From Erysipelotrichaceae bacterium UBA6182 (GTDB taxonomy: Bacteria > Bacillota_I > Bacilli_A > Erysipelotrichales > Erysipelotrichaceae): a stretch of DNA of 35,751 nt. Made by a program: the position numbers and the translations under genes. Below are positions 19,120 to 29,055 of the stretch, piece after piece. The DNA lies in the NCBI GenBank assembly GCA_002422065.1, contig DITO01000109.1:1-35751 (forward strand), in the 5' to 3' direction. Numbering within the stretch: position 1 is the first letter of the stretch; each line of letters opens with the position of its first letter. The notes beneath the pieces are model-generated. The model ran no database searches and was not told the DNA's origin. It saw only the letters and a list, made by a program, of their open reading frames with translations.

Positions 19120-20799
19120 TTATACCTGTGTTATTAATACCCCTTTAGGTGGTAAAGTCACGATGTATGTCTTAGTAATTAAATCATCCACATTAACAAA
19201 GGTAGGCCGATCTTGAATATTTATCCAACACTCAATCGGCTCTTTAGTAAAACGTAGTTTCAACAAGTCATTCTCAAAAACAAAATCAAACGACTGAGAA
19301 GAAGTCATAGAAGCAAACTCTTTACGAATCTTTGATAGAGTTGAAATGAACTCAACATAATCTTCATTCAATTGATTCCAAGGCATAGGACGACGATTAT
19401 CAGGATCATGAGCACCATCAAGTAATGTTTCTGTTCCATAATATATACAGATTGAACCTGTAGATAAGAATAGTAAAGTTAATGCTAACTTCACTGCATC
19501 TACATTATGATTAAGTTGGTGTAAAAGTCGTGGTGTATCATGAGAATCAAGGAGTGTAAACATATTCTCGAGTATATGTGGATGTACCATGTGTTGTGTC
19601 TTCATATAACGTTGAGTGAATGCTAAAGCATCAATACTTCCTTGAGCAAACTCAAGAATAGCACGTCCAGTAGGATAGTTCATTACCCCATCAAAGACTT
19701 CATTATTTAGCCATGGAGTAGCATCGTGCCATATCTCTCCAAGTAAGTAAATATCTGGTTTAATAAGTCTTGTTTGTGTATGCACTTCCTTTAAGAATGC
19801 CATATCAATTTCATTGGCAACATCAAATCGCCATCCATCAATATCTGCTTCTTTAACCCAATACGTTGCTACTGACACAAAATAATCTCGAGCTTCCTTA
19901 TTGTGCATGTTAATCTTAGGCATGTTCTTTGTGCTTGCAAACGTTTCGTATTCAAAAGGTTCAAATGAAGTAATATGAAACCAATCTTTATACGGTGATG
20001 CTTCTTTATTCTTTAAAACATCTTCAAAAGCAAAGAAATGTCGGCCAGTATGATTAAAAACAGCATCAAGCATTATTTTTATACCTAAGTCATGAGCTTT
20101 ATTCACTAAAGTCTTTAAATCATCAAGTGAACCAAACCATGGATCAATAGTAAAATAATCAATTGTGTCATACTTATGGGCTGTAGGAGACTCAAAGATT
20201 GGAGTAAGATAAATACCATTAATCCCTAACGAATTTAAATAAGGGAGTTTATCAATGATTCCTTTTAAGTCTCCTCCAAAAGAAACACGATTATTAACAT
20301 CAGGGCTATTCCATTCAACCACCACATCTGGATCATTGGTAGAATCACCATTATTAAAGCGATCAGGGAAAATTTGATACCAAATCGTATCTTTAACCCA
20401 AGAAGGGGAACTTACACTCATTGAAGGATGTACATATGGAATAAAGAAATTATTCCATAGCCCTACCTCTTCATTCATAGGTGTAAATCCATCTTCACCA
20501 TATTGAATACATGATTGTTCATCACAAAGAATAAAGTGATATTTTAAGCGATAGTTCTTAGGTGTAATCGTGACTTGAAAAATGAAATGAGTAAGTGTTT
20601 CAGCCACTTTAGTCATAGCTAAAGACGTATAATCCCATCGATAATCATCTTCTGTTTTAACCCATGCATGAGGATCACCAAAGACACATTGTACACTTTG
20701 AATGTCCTTCCCAGTATGAATCTTTAATGTAATATCACGGTTGTGTAAAACACATTGCATCGTTGTTGAATTTGAATGTTGTATTGCGCTTATGTTCAT
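19120..20799 (-). CDS. Neopullulanase / cyclomaltodextrinase / maltogenic amylase-type GH13 (cytoplasmic)
   Basis: 559 aa with the N-terminal domain typical of the CDase subfamily. Motifs DAVFNHTG, GWRFDVANE, GEIWHD and LDSHDTPR. No signal peptide. Confidence 0.85.
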   Translation of the reverse strand: MNISAIQHSNSTTMQCVLHNRDITLKIHTGKDIQSVQCVFGDPHAWVKTEDDYRWDYTSLAMTKVAETLTHFIFQVTITPKNYRLKYHFILCDEQSCIQYGEDGFTPMNEEVGLWNNFFIPYVHPSMSVSSPSWVKDTIWYQIFPDRFNNGDSTNDPDVVVEWNSPDVNNRVSFGGDLKGIIDKLPYLNSLGINGIYLTPIFESPTAHKYDTIDYFTIDPWFGSLDDLKTLVNKAHDLGIKIMLDAVFNHTGRHFFAFEDVLKNKEASPYKDWFHITSFEPFEYETFASTKNMPKINMHNKEARDYFVSVATYWVKEADIDGWRFDVANEIDMAFLKEVHTQTRLIKPDIYLLGEIWHDATPWLNNEVFDGVMNYPTGRAILEFAQGSIDALAFTQRYMKTQHMVHPHILENMFTLLDSHDTPRLLHQLNHNVDAVKLALTLLFLSTGSICIYYGTETLLDGAHDPDNRRPMPWNQLNEDYVEFISTLSKIRKEFASMTSSQSFDFVFENDLLKLRFTKEPIECWINIQDRPTFVNVDDLITKTYIVTLPPKGVLITQV

Positions 20800-20817
20800 A
20801 TTTGTTCTCCGTCCCTA

Positions 20818-20846
20818 ATTGTGAAGAAGAACTTCAAGGTTGTCAA
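20818..20846 (-). promoter_or_regulatory. Putative sigmaA promoter of the neopullulanase gene
   Basis: On the minus strand: perfect TTGACA (20841-20846), 17-nt spacer, CACAAT (20818-20823). A GGAG SD (20807-20810) lies 7 nt before the ATG. Confidence 0.5.
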
Positions 20847-20858
20847 CTATCGGTTGAT

Positions 20859-20872
20859 TGTAAACGCTAACA
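20859..20872. promoter_or_regulatory. cre / LacI-MalR-type operator between divergent promoters
   Basis: TGTAAACGCTAACA fits TGWAANCGNTNWCA at all constrained positions. It lies 13 bp from the minus-strand -35 and 7 bp from the plus-strand -35. Confidence 0.55.
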
Positions 20873-20878
20873 TTTCAA

Positions 20879-20907
20879 TTGAATTAAGACCTCAAAACTG
20901 TCATAAT
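20879..20907 (+). promoter_or_regulatory. Putative sigmaA promoter of the ABC-transporter operon
   Basis: TTGAAT (20879-20884), 17-nt spacer, CATAAT (20902-20907). Confidence 0.45.
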
Positions 20908-20920
20908 AGGTGCAGGAGGA

Positions 20921-22528
20921 ATGGCATTCATGGATAAAAAACCGCGGTTTGATCAAAAACTATTGGCCATTTTTACAAAACCTTTCAGGGTTGTAAAAGA
21001 AGTCTTAGCTGATATTAAGAAGCACCCAGATGCACTTAAATCAGCACTACTCTCAGTGTTCATTATGGGAGCAGGACAGTTCAGAAACAAGCAAAAATCA
21101 AAAGGAAGTATATTCTTAGGATTATTCCTATTGGTGGTACTTGTGGAAGTATTAACAGGTGGTTACATCTATGCGTTAGATGAAATTGCACGTTTTCCAG
21201 CAGATCCTGGAGGAACAGTTCATTTTATAAGAGACTATGGTGGATTCTTCAGTTATGGTCTTTGGGGTTTATTTACATTAGGACAAGTCGTTGGTCAAAC
21301 ACTATACCGTGGACAATTTGTTGAAACATTCAACAAAAATATTCCTTGGTTAACAGCGGATAACTCAGTAACATTATTAGGTCGTGGGCTTATTGTATTT
21401 GTGATTGCGTTAGTCCTCTTAGGTTTCTATATTTACAATATCGTTGATGCATACCAAACTCGCAAACAAATCAATGCGGGAGCAGAAGTAGAAACAGGAA
21501 TTAAGTACTTTAAACGTCTTTGGAACGATATGTTCCCATACATCATCTTAATTCCATCACTTGTGATGATTATGTTCTTCACACTTGTACCTTTCTTATT
21601 CTCATTCTTACTAGCCTTTACAAACTATACGTATCGTCTTCAAATCCCTAACGTACTTATTCGTTGGGTAGGATTCGATACATTTAAACTTATTGTAGGT
21701 GATGCGGGATGGTTAAATATGTTCCTAGGTGTTTTATCCTGGACATTCATCTACGCCATCATGTCTTCATTTACTGTCTATATTTTAGGGCTTTTCCAAG
21801 CAATTATTATTGAGAGTAAGTTTGTTAAAGTTAAGAAACTTTGGAGAACAATCTTAATTGTTCCTTGGGCAATCCCAGCCATGATTTCACTCATGGTGTT
21901 TAAGAATGTTTTTGATACCAATGGACTTGCGAATCAGTTGTTGTATGCAACAGATATGATGAGACCAGTGTCCACATTCTTATACAATATCGGACTACAA
22001 GGGCGTATTGATAATCCAATCTTCTGGCTCACAGCAAACTATAATGGCAATCTAGCGAAATTTGTTGTTTTGATTGTTAATTTATGGCTTGGGTCTCCAT
22101 ACTTCATGATGCTGATCACAGGGGTTCTCACAACACTTCCTAAAGATCTTTACGAAGCAGCCGCGATTGATGGTGCAACCCGTTTTCAACAATTCAAAAG
22201 CATTACGATGCCTTTAATCTTAAGGGCAACCTTGCCAGCCATTGTAATGACATTTACATTTAACTTTAATAACTTTGGAGCAATCTTCTTCTTAACTGGA
22301 GGTGGACCTGCCTTTGCACGGGAAGCTATTCCTCAATCCATGAGAATCATGGGTGGGGTGCCAGGGCAAACAGACATTCTAATTTCCTGGATTTATAACT
22401 TATCCTTTGCTAGCAATGCTCAACTTTATAACATTGCATCGGTTTACTCGATTCTTATCTTCTTATTTATCGGTTCGATTTCAGTATTTAACTTAGCACG
22501 ATCTAAGAACTTGTGGGAGGAGGATTGA
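20921..22528 (+). CDS. malF: Maltose/maltodextrin ABC transporter permease, MalF-like with long N-terminal extension
   Basis: 535 aa and polytopic. EAA-type loop YEAAAIDGATRFQQFKSITMPL. The start may be ATG 20930, because GGAGG at 20915-20919 is too close to ATG 20921. Confidence 0.85.
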   Translation: MAFMDKKPRFDQKLLAIFTKPFRVVKEVLADIKKHPDALKSALLSVFIMGAGQFRNKQKSKGSIFLGLFLLVVLVEVLTGGYIYALDEIARFPADPGGTVHFIRDYGGFFSYGLWGLFTLGQVVGQTLYRGQFVETFNKNIPWLTADNSVTLLGRGLIVFVIALVLLGFYIYNIVDAYQTRKQINAGAEVETGIKYFKRLWNDMFPYIILIPSLVMIMFFTLVPFLFSFLLAFTNYTYRLQIPNVLIRWVGFDTFKLIVGDAGWLNMFLGVLSWTFIYAIMSSFTVYILGLFQAIIIESKFVKVKKLWRTILIVPWAIPAMISLMVFKNVFDTNGLANQLLYATDMMRPVSTFLYNIGLQGRIDNPIFWLTANYNGNLAKFVVLIVNLWLGSPYFMMLITGVLTTLPKDLYEAAAIDGATRFQQFKSITMPLILRATLPAIVMTFTFNFNNFGAIFFLTGGGPAFAREAIPQSMRIMGGVPGQTDILISWIYNLSFASNAQLYNIASVYSILIFLFIGSISVFNLARSKNLWEED

Positions 22529-22530
22529 TT

Positions 22531-23400
22531 ATGAAATACAAAATCACTAATTTTTTCCTAGCATTATTCTCATACACATGGTTGATTGTGGCAAGCTTTG
22601 TTGTATTGGTTCCTGTCGTATGGATGATATCAGCGGCTTTCACACGAGGTAACTTACTTACTTCAGTGCCTCTCATTCCAGATCCATCAAAATGGTCATT
22701 ATCAAACTTTGAATTTATCTTTAGTTATCGCTCAAATCCAGCGTCTCAAATGGCGGATTTCCCTGGTGCCTTCCTTAGAACACTACAAATTGCATTACTC
22801 AATACCGTAGGGGTAACATTATTCTCAGTTATCACTGGGTTTGCATTTGCACGACTACGTTTCAAAGGGAAGAAGTTTATGTTATTAACCATGATGGTAC
22901 TTCAAATGTTCCCATCATTCATGGGAATGGTTGCTTTGTTCTTGTTATTTAGAACATTTGGTATATTGAATAAACCAAATTACCTTGCACTCATTTATAT
23001 TGCAGGTTCAATTCCTTATAACACATTCTTAGTTCGTGGGTTTATGAGAAATATTCCTAAATCACTAGATGAATCAGCAGCAATTGATGGAGCATCTCCT
23101 CTTCAAACCTTACGTCTTATCTTATTCCCACTTATTATCCCTATCATTGGATTCTTAGCTGTGGGTGCATTTATGGGACCATGGTTAGACTTCATCTTAC
23201 AAGCACGTTTCTTACAACCAGAAAACATTACGGTTTCGGTATGGCTCTTTAGAACAACAGATCCATTTAACACATTATTCTATAATCCTCTAAGATTCAT
23301 GGCTGGCGCATTACTCATTGCGGTTCCAATCATGGTATTACAATTCTTCATGCAAAAGTATCTCGTGTATGGACTTACATCAGGAGCAGAAAAAGGATAA
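22531..23400 (+). CDS. malG: Maltose/maltodextrin ABC transporter permease, MalG-like
   Basis: EAA loop DESAAIDGASPLQTLRLILFPL and 6 TM helices. ATG 22531 follows a GGAGGAGG SD and is preferred over GTG 22513. Confidence 0.88.
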   Translation: MKYKITNFFLALFSYTWLIVASFVVLVPVVWMISAAFTRGNLLTSVPLIPDPSKWSLSNFEFIFSYRSNPASQMADFPGAFLRTLQIALLNTVGVTLFSVITGFAFARLRFKGKKFMLLTMMVLQMFPSFMGMVALFLLFRTFGILNKPNYLALIYIAGSIPYNTFLVRGFMRNIPKSLDESAAIDGASPLQTLRLILFPLIIPIIGFLAVGAFMGPWLDFILQARFLQPENITVSVWLFRTTDPFNTLFYNPLRFMAGALLIAVPIMVLQFFMQKYLVYGLTSGAEKG

Positions 23401-24200
23401 TGAAACTAAAAGCGTTTATATCAAGCGCTACCTCGAACCGATCGATCATTCAAAATCGATCGGTTTCATTGTGGTGGCAATTCGTAATACTATTATTTTC
23501 TTTAATCATGATTGCTTTCCCATTCATTGTGGGACGTTTTAATGTGAATGAAGCTTATCTTGACTCAAACTTTCCAGACTTCAGTAATGATTTTGTATTA
23601 GCACTTGAGCGTGGTGAGTGTAGTTTTGATAATTTTGAATTGATATGTGATCGAGATAACATTGTAGTTGATGGATCAAGATATACAATTTATATCTTAC
23701 CTTCTGAAAACACAACGTTTAAAACTGAAGCCATAGTGTTTAATAAAACAACACTTCGTGTTACACGAAGTTTTGAGCAAACTATAGAAAGTATTTATCC
23801 ATTCTTTAATCAATCATTTGAGCAAATTTTACTTGACATGAACAATCAAGAATTTGATATGACTCCAAGAAAGTATTCACTTAATGTTTTAAGGAATCTT
23901 GATTTAGCAGCAATGCCTGCAGACATATGGTTTATTTACATGAGTCTTGCTGTTCAATACATTATGTACCTAGTGGTAATAACATCACTGATCTGGTGGT
24001 TATATTCAAAGCGTGGGTCTATCAAGCTTCCATTTAAAGAAATTAGTGCGATGTTGATAGTGGTCATGTTTTGGACAGCACTTCCAACAGCGCTTTTAGG
24101 TTTCTTTGCTTCTACGCTTGCAAGTGTACTTTTTACTATTTTTTATGTCACACGAATTATCTTTATGTATACTAAGTTAACACGCGAAATACGTGTGTAA
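23400..24200 (+). CDS. DUF1189 / MalA (YvdJ)-like membrane protein associated with maltodextrin transporters
   Basis: 266 aa: one N-terminal TM helix, an extracytoplasmic segment with a FPDF motif, then C-terminal TM helices. TAATG overlap with malG. It sits directly after the permeases, like malA in S. pneumoniae and yvdJ in B. subtilis. Confidence 0.5.
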   Translation: MKLKAFISSATSNRSIIQNRSVSLWWQFVILLFSLIMIAFPFIVGRFNVNEAYLDSNFPDFSNDFVLALERGECSFDNFELICDRDNIVVDGSRYTIYILPSENTTFKTEAIVFNKTTLRVTRSFEQTIESIYPFFNQSFEQILLDMNNQEFDMTPRKYSLNVLRNLDLAAMPADIWFIYMSLAVQYIMYLVVITSLIWWLYSKRGSIKLPFKEISAMLIVVMFWTALPTALLGFFASTLASVLFTIFYVTRIIFMYTKLTREIRV

Positions 24201-24203
24201 CCG

Positions 24204-24232
24204 TTTACATGGTGAAATTTTTGTGATATAGT
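24204..24232 (+). promoter_or_regulatory. Strong internal sigmaA promoter (extended -10) for the binding-protein gene
   Basis: TTTACA (24204-24209), 17-nt spacer ending in TG (24224-24225), then TATAGT (24227-24232). A GCTTAAA-tatac-TTTAAGC hairpin (24239-24257) lies in the 5' UTR. Confidence 0.55.
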
Positions 24233-24284
24233 TTGTATGCTTAAATATACTTTAAGCAGGAAAAATTTCGGAGGGAAATTATAC

Positions 24285-25691
24285 ATGAAGAAGTTCATTA
24301 GCCTTCTTGCTGTAGGATTGATCGCAGGCTCATTAGCAGCTTGTGCACCAAGAACTACAGAAAACACATGCGATGTTGACACATTAGATGGAACAACCGT
24401 GTGTTTTGATGAAACGACTGGTCGTTTTGCCATTGAGAAAGACGCAGTTATTCGCTTTGGTGCTGACAACGACGATCTAGGAAACGCAATCGTAGCACTA
24501 TGGAATTCAACTTATCCAGAACATGTTGGAAAAGTTGAATACGTAAACAACGGTTCACAAGGTTCTGCTGATGCTTTAGCAGAACAACAAGGTGAATATC
24601 CAGACGTATTTATGGTTATTGATGGAGAAGTTCCACGTAATAACACTCATATCCTACCTATTCATACTGCATTAGCTTCAATCATTAAAGCTAATTCAAT
24701 TAGTTCATACTACAATGCTGGTAATAGCTTAGCAACAGCAACTCATTATGCTCCTATGACTTATGATGGTATGGCTTTCTTAGTCAACCTAACTATGTTA
24801 GAAGCATTAGGTGTTAGCACTGCTGATGCTGATGGCGATGGTCTTCCTGATGCTGTTGATACATTCGAAGAAATCTTCGCATTATCTACTTCATGGATTG
24901 GTGCTCGTCCACAATATAAAGGCAAAAATGTTAATATCGCATTCCCAATTTCACTTGGTGAAGCATGGTCTGGATATTCTTCATTAACTTCTGCTGGATG
25001 GCAATTATTTGATGATGGTGATCCAATCAAGCCTGGTTATGATGATCCTAAATTTGCTGAAGGATTAGAATTCTTACTTGCTGCGAAAGCTGCACAAATC
25101 TCTGTTGAAGAATCAGGTGAAGTTACTCCTGCTGCTTCTATGGGATGGAGATGGGATCCAGTTCTAAATGATGAAACTGCTCCTTTCGGTTTAGTCGGTA
25201 CTTGGATGAATGTTGGTGCTGCTGTTGAAACAACAGGATCAGAATTCGCAATTACTCGTATGCCTACTTATAATGGTGTTCAATTAACTCCATTTGTTAA
25301 AACTAAAGGTTTCGTTATTAATGCTTATACAGAATTCCGTTCTGCTTCAACTGAACTACTTCGTTTAGTTTATAGCAAAGAAGGTTTCCAAGCTATGGTT
25401 GATAGTTCAGCATATGCTCCTTCACTTGTTGATGGATCAGCACTTGTTCCTACATTAACTGAAGGTGGAGTCCAATCACAATTCATGATGGCTCTTCCAT
25501 TTAACCAACCTGAACCTGCATTCTTACTTCCTAACAACCCACAAATGAAAGCTATGGATGCTGCTTATTATCCATTCTTAACTGCTATTATTAGTGCTGT
25601 ATGGGATGGCGAACTAACAATTGAAGAAGCAGTTGCAGAATTAATTGCTGATTCAAATGAAAAGATTGCAATCGATAATCAAGCTCAGTAA
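24285..25691 (+). CDS. Extracellular solute-binding lipoprotein (family 1; maltodextrin/alpha-glucan-binding by context)
   Basis: ATG 24285 follows a GGAGGG SD. Lipoprotein signal MKKFISLLAVGLIAGSLAAC with lipobox LAAC. The size and composition fit a sugar SBP. The listed ATG 24237 start is an unlikely extension. Confidence 0.8.
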   Translation: MKKFISLLAVGLIAGSLAACAPRTTENTCDVDTLDGTTVCFDETTGRFAIEKDAVIRFGADNDDLGNAIVALWNSTYPEHVGKVEYVNNGSQGSADALAEQQGEYPDVFMVIDGEVPRNNTHILPIHTALASIIKANSISSYYNAGNSLATATHYAPMTYDGMAFLVNLTMLEALGVSTADADGDGLPDAVDTFEEIFALSTSWIGARPQYKGKNVNIAFPISLGEAWSGYSSLTSAGWQLFDDGDPIKPGYDDPKFAEGLEFLLAAKAAQISVEESGEVTPAASMGWRWDPVLNDETAPFGLVGTWMNVGAAVETTGSEFAITRMPTYNGVQLTPFVKTKGFVINAYTEFRSASTELLRLVYSKEGFQAMVDSSAYAPSLVDGSALVPTLTEGGVQSQFMMALPFNQPEPAFLLPNNPQMKAMDAAYYPFLTAIISAVWDGELTIEEAVAELIADSNEKIAIDNQAQ

Positions 25692-25718
25692 TCTTTACAC
25701 AAATACAATATAATCATA

Positions 25719-25744
25719 ATGAGCATCGCAAGATGCTCATTTTT
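25719..25744 (+). terminator. Rho-independent terminator after the SBP gene
   Basis: ATGAGCATC-gcaa-GATGCTCAT stem-loop followed by TTTT. Confidence 0.8.
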
Positions 25745-25755
25745 AAAGGAGACCT

Positions 25756-27435
25756 ATGGAAAAAAACTGGTGGCATACAAGTGTTGGATATCAAATATAT
25801 CCACGCTCATTCTATGATTCAAACAATGATGGTGTTGGGGATTTACGTGGCATTATTGAGAAACTTGATTATTTAAATGAACTTGGGGTCAATCTACTTT
25901 GGATATGCCCATTCTATAAGTCTCCTATGGATGACAATGGCTATGATGTCAGTGATTATTATGAAGTAGATCCTGTGTTTGGTTCTTTTGAAGATGCTAA
26001 AGAACTCATTGATAAAGCCAAGCAAAGAGGAATACGTATTATTCTAGACTTAGTTATGAACCAAACATCTGATGAACATCCTTGGTTTGTAGAATCACGT
26101 TCAAGTTTAGATAATCCTAAACGTGACTTCTATATCTGGAAAGATCCAAAATATAATGAAGATGGGCAAAGAATTCCTCCTAACAACTGGGCTTCGTTCT
26201 TCGGTGGAACATGTTGGAATTTTGATGAATTAACAAATCAATACTATATGAAAATATTCTCCAACAAGATGCCTGATCTTAATTGGGAAAATGAAGCAAT
26301 GCGTACTGCGATGTATGACATGGCTTCTTACTGGTTAGACTTAGGGGTTGATGGCTTTCGTATTGATGCGATAGCTCATCTTGCGAAAGATTTAACGTTT
26401 ATTGATTCTGACATGGCTTTAAATGAAGATGGTGTAGCTCCAGATTGGAAGAAGTTTTCTAATCGACCTCGCTTATTTGAATATTTACATGAATTTAATG
26501 AGAAAGTACTATCAAAATATGACATCGTAACTGTGGGTGAAGTGGGTGGTGGTGCTGATGTCGAAGATGCGTATAAGTATGCTGGATATGATCAAAAGGG
26601 ATTTAATATGGTCTTTAATTTTGATCATTGTTGGTATAATGGCGCATGGGATGACTTTGGACGAACTGCAGGAAAACTAACTGTGGATGTGGTAGGTTTA
26701 AAAACTAAAATGAATGAATGGATTCAAGGATCTGCGAATCATATGTGGATTCCTCATTATTGGTTGAATCATGATCATCCACGAGTCATGTCACAATATG
26801 GAGATCCAGATCATCATCATCGTGAATCAGGGAGTATGTTAGGTATGCTTTTATTATCACTTCCTGGGACGCCTTTCATTTACAATGGTGAAGAGATTGG
26901 AATGACTAATGTAGATTACACTGATATTGATGACTATAGAGATGTATGGGTTAAGAACTTTCTTATTGAAGCAAGTAAACGTACTCCAGTGGAACAACTG
27001 ATGAATCATTTAAGAAGAACTTCTCGTGACAATGCACGTACTCCGATGCAGTGGAATAATCACCCTCATGGAGGATTTACTCAAGGAGTTCCTCATCAAA
27101 AATCAGTAAGTAATTATGATCGAATTAATGTTGAATCACAGATTAATGTTTCAAATTCAATTTTTGGAATGTATAAGTCTATGATACGATTAAGAACAAA
27201 GAGTGAGTATACACACACACTTGCTTATGGGGACTTTAATCTTATTGAAAAAGAAGATAAACAACTTTATGCATTTAAGCGTCAAGGGGAGAAGACATTA
27301 CTCTTTATCGCAAACTTTAGTGATCAAGATAAAGATATATCACACTTAGATTATTCAGGACATGTTGTGATTAATAACTATGATGAATTAACACATATAC
27401 TTCAACCCTACCAAGCGGTGCTTATTGAAGTCTAA
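25756..27435 (+). CDS. malL: Oligo-1,6-glucosidase / alpha-glucosidase (GH13_31-like)
   Basis: WW...V.YQIYPRSF.DSNNDGVGDLRGIIEKLDYL N terminus, plus GFRIDAIAH, VGEVGG and NHDHPR motifs. Cytoplasmic. Confidence 0.88.
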   Translation: MEKNWWHTSVGYQIYPRSFYDSNNDGVGDLRGIIEKLDYLNELGVNLLWICPFYKSPMDDNGYDVSDYYEVDPVFGSFEDAKELIDKAKQRGIRIILDLVMNQTSDEHPWFVESRSSLDNPKRDFYIWKDPKYNEDGQRIPPNNWASFFGGTCWNFDELTNQYYMKIFSNKMPDLNWENEAMRTAMYDMASYWLDLGVDGFRIDAIAHLAKDLTFIDSDMALNEDGVAPDWKKFSNRPRLFEYLHEFNEKVLSKYDIVTVGEVGGGADVEDAYKYAGYDQKGFNMVFNFDHCWYNGAWDDFGRTAGKLTVDVVGLKTKMNEWIQGSANHMWIPHYWLNHDHPRVMSQYGDPDHHHRESGSMLGMLLLSLPGTPFIYNGEEIGMTNVDYTDIDDYRDVWVKNFLIEASKRTPVEQLMNHLRRTSRDNARTPMQWNNHPHGGFTQGVPHQKSVSNYDRINVESQINVSNSIFGMYKSMIRLRTKSEYTHTLAYGDFNLIEKEDKQLYAFKRQGEKTLLFIANFSDQDKDISHLDYSGHVVINNYDELTHILQPYQAVLIEV

Positions 27436-27444
27436 GGAGGCTCT

Positions 27445-29055
27445 ATGTTTAAGCGTTTAATACTATCTCTATTACTTATTACACTACTTATGGGTTGTGT
27501 GATTACGCCACCTCCTACAGAAGTCAGTGACTATACTGTTGATGAATTAAAAGAACTTTTAGTTGAATATAATGCTGAGAACTTTCTAAAAGATGTCTCA
27601 GTGGCCTATAATATTTTTCCTATTGCCTTTGCGGATGCATCTGGTGATAACATAGGTGATCTTCGAGGAATTATAGATAAACTAGATTATCTTAATGATG
27701 GAGATCCTAACACTACAACTGATTTAGGAATTACCGCAATCTGGTTAAATCCTATTCATCCTTCGGATACCTATCATAAATACGATGTGAAGGATTACTA
27801 TGCTATTGATCCTAAGTTTGGAACTCTGGAAGACTTTAAAGAACTTGTTGATAAGGCAAACGAGCGTGGGATAAAAATCATTTTGGACATAGTATTTAAT
27901 CATAGTTCTATTGATCATCCTTGGTTTAGAAAAGCCCTTAAAGGGGAAGAACCTTATGCTGATTTCTATCGTATAGAAAAAACTCTTCCACTTGAATCAT
28001 ATCCTAATAAAACAGGATGGCACCAAGCTTTTGGAATTAATTACTATGGAGGATTCTGGGATAAAATGCCAGAATTTAACCTTGATAATCCTTTAGTACG
28101 GGATGAGTTTAAAAATATAATTACATTTTGGTTAGAAATGGGAGTGGGTGGTATCCGCTATGATGCAGTCAAGCATGGTTATGATCGTAGAGAATGGCCA
28201 GAAGGAACTCCAACACTTCAAAAAAATCTTCAATTCTGGATGACACTTCAACTCCATGCAAAGACAGTGAATCCTGATGCTTTTGTAGTGGCTGAGATGT
28301 GGGATACTAACCTTAATATGCAACCATACGCCCAGGCTTATGATTCACTTTTTAATTTTGATTTTGGAGATATGGTAGTAAACGCATTAAATTCTGGAGT
28401 TCAATCTGGATTTATGACCACTCAAATAAAGAATCTTGAAGGACTACGTAGTCGTAATGCTAATTATGTCGATGCTCCTTTCTTAAAGAATCATGATCAA
28501 CCAAGAATCTTTAATGAATTGGGGTTTGATCTTGATAAGATGCGGCTTGCATCTGTGTTCTTACTTACTCAAGAAGGTGTTCCTTTTATCTATTATGGTG
28601 AAGAGCTTGGTATGAGAGGGATTAAACCTGATGAGCGAATTCGTGAACCAATGCGTTGGAATGATTCAATTAACTCAGAAGTCGCTTATTGGACACAATG
28701 GCAATATAACTGGGACACACCAAGTGTGGTTGATCAAGACCAAGATGAAGCAAGTCTACTCAATCATTATCGTCGTTTAATTAACTTAAGACACAATAAT
28801 GAGGCATTAAGATTTGGAGATACACAAGTCTATAATGTCTTCAACTCATCACTTGTAGGATACACACGATCATTTGAAGATGAAACGATTGTTGTGCTTG
28901 TTAATTTATATAATGGAGATCTTGAAGGACAAGATAGAGAAGGAATCCTTCAAAATATGGAGATTCTTTCTTCTTATGAATCATTTGAATATCATGACGA
29001 TGCAACCTTTACCTTAGGACCTCGTGGGTATGTGATTGCACGTTTAATTCCATGA
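27445..29055 (+). CDS. Surface lipoprotein alpha-amylase (GH13)
   Basis: Lipoprotein signal MFKRLILSLLLITLLMGC. Motifs GDLRGIIDKLDYL, DIVFNHSS, GIRYDAVKH, AEMWD and KNHDQPR. Confidence 0.85.
   Translation: MFKRLILSLLLITLLMGCVITPPPTEVSDYTVDELKELLVEYNAENFLKDVSVAYNIFPIAFADASGDNIGDLRGIIDKLDYLNDGDPNTTTDLGITAIWLNPIHPSDTYHKYDVKDYYAIDPKFGTLEDFKELVDKANERGIKIILDIVFNHSSIDHPWFRKALKGEEPYADFYRIEKTLPLESYPNKTGWHQAFGINYYGGFWDKMPEFNLDNPLVRDEFKNIITFWLEMGVGGIRYDAVKHGYDRREWPEGTPTLQKNLQFWMTLQLHAKTVNPDAFVVAEMWDTNLNMQPYAQAYDSLFNFDFGDMVVNALNSGVQSGFMTTQIKNLEGLRSRNANYVDAPFLKNHDQPRIFNELGFDLDKMRLASVFLLTQEGVPFIYYGEELGMRGIKPDERIREPMRWNDSINSEVAYWTQWQYNWDTPSVVDQDQDEASLLNHYRRLINLRHNNEALRFGDTQVYNVFNSSLVGYTRSFEDETIVVLVNLYNGDLEGQDREGILQNMEILSSYESFEYHDDATFTLGPRGYVIARLIP

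Noticed and set aside
25709-25714. A perfect TATAAT just upstream of the SBP terminator, considered as a promoter for the oligo-1,6-glucosidase gene
   Set aside because: There is no acceptable -35 at 16-19 nt (TTTACA is only 9 nt away), and the terminator hairpin lies downstream of it. Read-through or an unrecognised promoter is equally possible.
2133-28323. Other short track ORFs lying antisense or out of frame inside long well-supported genes: 2133..2366, 2604..2831, 4367..4549, 5334..5534, 6875..7093, 8481..8723, 10378..10647, 12905..13144, 14198..14425, 14862..15110, 15040..15261, 15182..15436, 16111..16317, 17513..17725, 17955..18194, 23318..23542, 24143..24469, 24761..25030 and 28132..28323
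   Set aside because: Each is fully or largely embedded in a gene with strong family motifs. They show low-complexity or odd composition and lack a ribosome-binding site. They are typical chance ORFs in AT-rich DNA.
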